Of a stretch of DNA of 64,000 bases, positions 63,203 to 64,000 are shown piece after piece (the stretch's first letter is position 1; each line of letters begins with the position of its first letter). Made by a program: the position numbers and the translations under genes. The notes below the pieces were generated by a model. The model ran no database searches. It was not told where the DNA came from and was given only the letters and a program-made list of their open reading frames with translations. The stretch comes from Deferribacterales bacterium (GTDB lineage: Bacteria; Chrysiogenota; Deferribacteres; Deferribacterales; Geovibrionaceae), in NCBI GenBank assembly GCA_050251875.1, contig JBFWMA010000001.1:96001-160000 (forward strand), in the 5' to 3' direction.

Positions 63203-63973
63203 ATGAGAAACAAATTTACGGAGCTGTTCGAGAATCTGCTGAACAGCAACCCGTTTAAGCATTATTTTAAAAAGAACAGACTCCGCCCGCCCGGAGCGGT
63301 TGCGGAGGAGATGTTCATGGAGCTGTGCATACGGTGCGCCAGATGTATAGAGGTGTGTCCGTATGATTCCATCCGCAGAGCCGACCTGTATGAAAAACTG
63401 CAGATAGGCACTCCGTATGTTTTTCCCGATGATAAGGCGTGCTACCTTTGCATGCGCTGTATGAAAGTATGTCCCACAGGTGCCCTGAATCCCCGTCTGA
63501 CGGAGGGGCGTGATGTGCGCATGGGACTGGCGGTTATCAATCAGGACACCTGTCTTAATTTTAAATATTACAAAGACGAGATGGAGGGCGTATCCATGTC
63601 GGGTACCGCTCAGCTTTGCAGTACCTGTTACAATGTATGTCCCTACACAGACAGCGCCATTGTGCTGGAAAAATTTATCCTGCCGGTGATAACGGACAAA
63701 TGCACCGGATGTGGTATCTGCGCCGAAAAATGTCCGTCCACGCCGGAGAAATCCATAGTGATATATCCGGAAGGCATGCCCATAGAGGAGAAGGCGGGAT
63801 TTTACGGACGCAAGCACAGGGTTCAGGCGAAGGATGAAAACAGACCCGAAGGCGTTCTCCACGGCGAAGAACTGATGGATCAGAAACAAAAAATAGACGG
63901 ATCGGACGCCAAGCCCGATTTCGAGTACAACATGGAACTATACGAAACAAAAGACGAGTGGCAGAATCAATGA
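63203..63973 (+). CDS. napG: Ferredoxin-type protein NapG
   Basis: LRPPGA, CIRCARCIEVCP, GTP, CYLC..C..VCPTGAL, MGLAV and CTGCGICAEKCP motifs. Confidence 0.88.
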   Translation: MRNKFTELFENLLNSNPFKHYFKKNRLRPPGAVAEEMFMELCIRCARCIEVCPYDSIRRADLYEKLQIGTPYVFPDDKACYLCMRCMKVCPTGALNPRLTEGRDVRMGLAVINQDTCLNFKYYKDEMEGVSMSGTAQLCSTCYNVCPYTDSAIVLEKFILPVITDKCTGCGICAEKCPSTPEKSIVIYPEGMPIEEKAGFYGRKHRVQAKDENRPEGVLHGEELMDQKQKIDGSDAKPDFEYNMELYETKDEWQNQ

Positions 63974-64000
63974 AAATAAAAACATTAAGGCGGATAGCCC
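63970..64000 (+). CDS. 5' fragment of the next gene, probably NapH
   Basis: ATGA overlap with the napG stop; MKIKTLRRIA. Identity inferred from gene order only. Confidence 0.45.
   Translation, partial: MKIKTLRRIA

Overview
Gene-dense, mostly core-chromosomal window from an anaerobic Gram-negative bacterium. The napMADG(H) cluster and gene order suggest Deferribacterales (inference only). Left to right it contains: the tail of a surface-polysaccharide cluster (two tandem OafA-type acyltransferases, a GT2 and a WbaP/WcaJ-type sugar transferase); a carboxyspermidine-route polyamine operon (speA, CASDH, nspC, speB); a nikKMLQO-type ECF metal transporter; an RND pump with mntP and glgA; tRNA-fMet; pepA; an STT3/PglB-like protein; a long housekeeping run (LysR, mnmH, rlpA, rph, rdgB, PBP, aroKB, acidic TPR protein, aroQ, efp, accBC, TPR, lolB-like, ispE, prs, pth, hppA, ychF, moaC, split NAD synthetase, guaBA, lolC/E); a small redox islet with a Tat-signal superoxide reductase; and a periplasmic nitrate reductase operon. 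No transposase, integrase, prophage or CRISPR array was seen. The most notable observations are: a PglB-like oligosaccharyltransferase that keeps its catalytic residues but has WWDYG changed to GWNHG; nine copies of an intergenic palindromic unit with compensatory stem changes; a stranded, mostly synonymously diverged copy of a gene 3' end at the polysaccharide-cluster boundary; a LolB-position lipoprotein; a class A PBP with a degenerate transglycosylase domain; an EF-P with a KCGRGG loop; and an unannotated 26-aa membrane ORF plus long hairpin ahead of nap. All calls come from motif recognition by eye; no searches were run.
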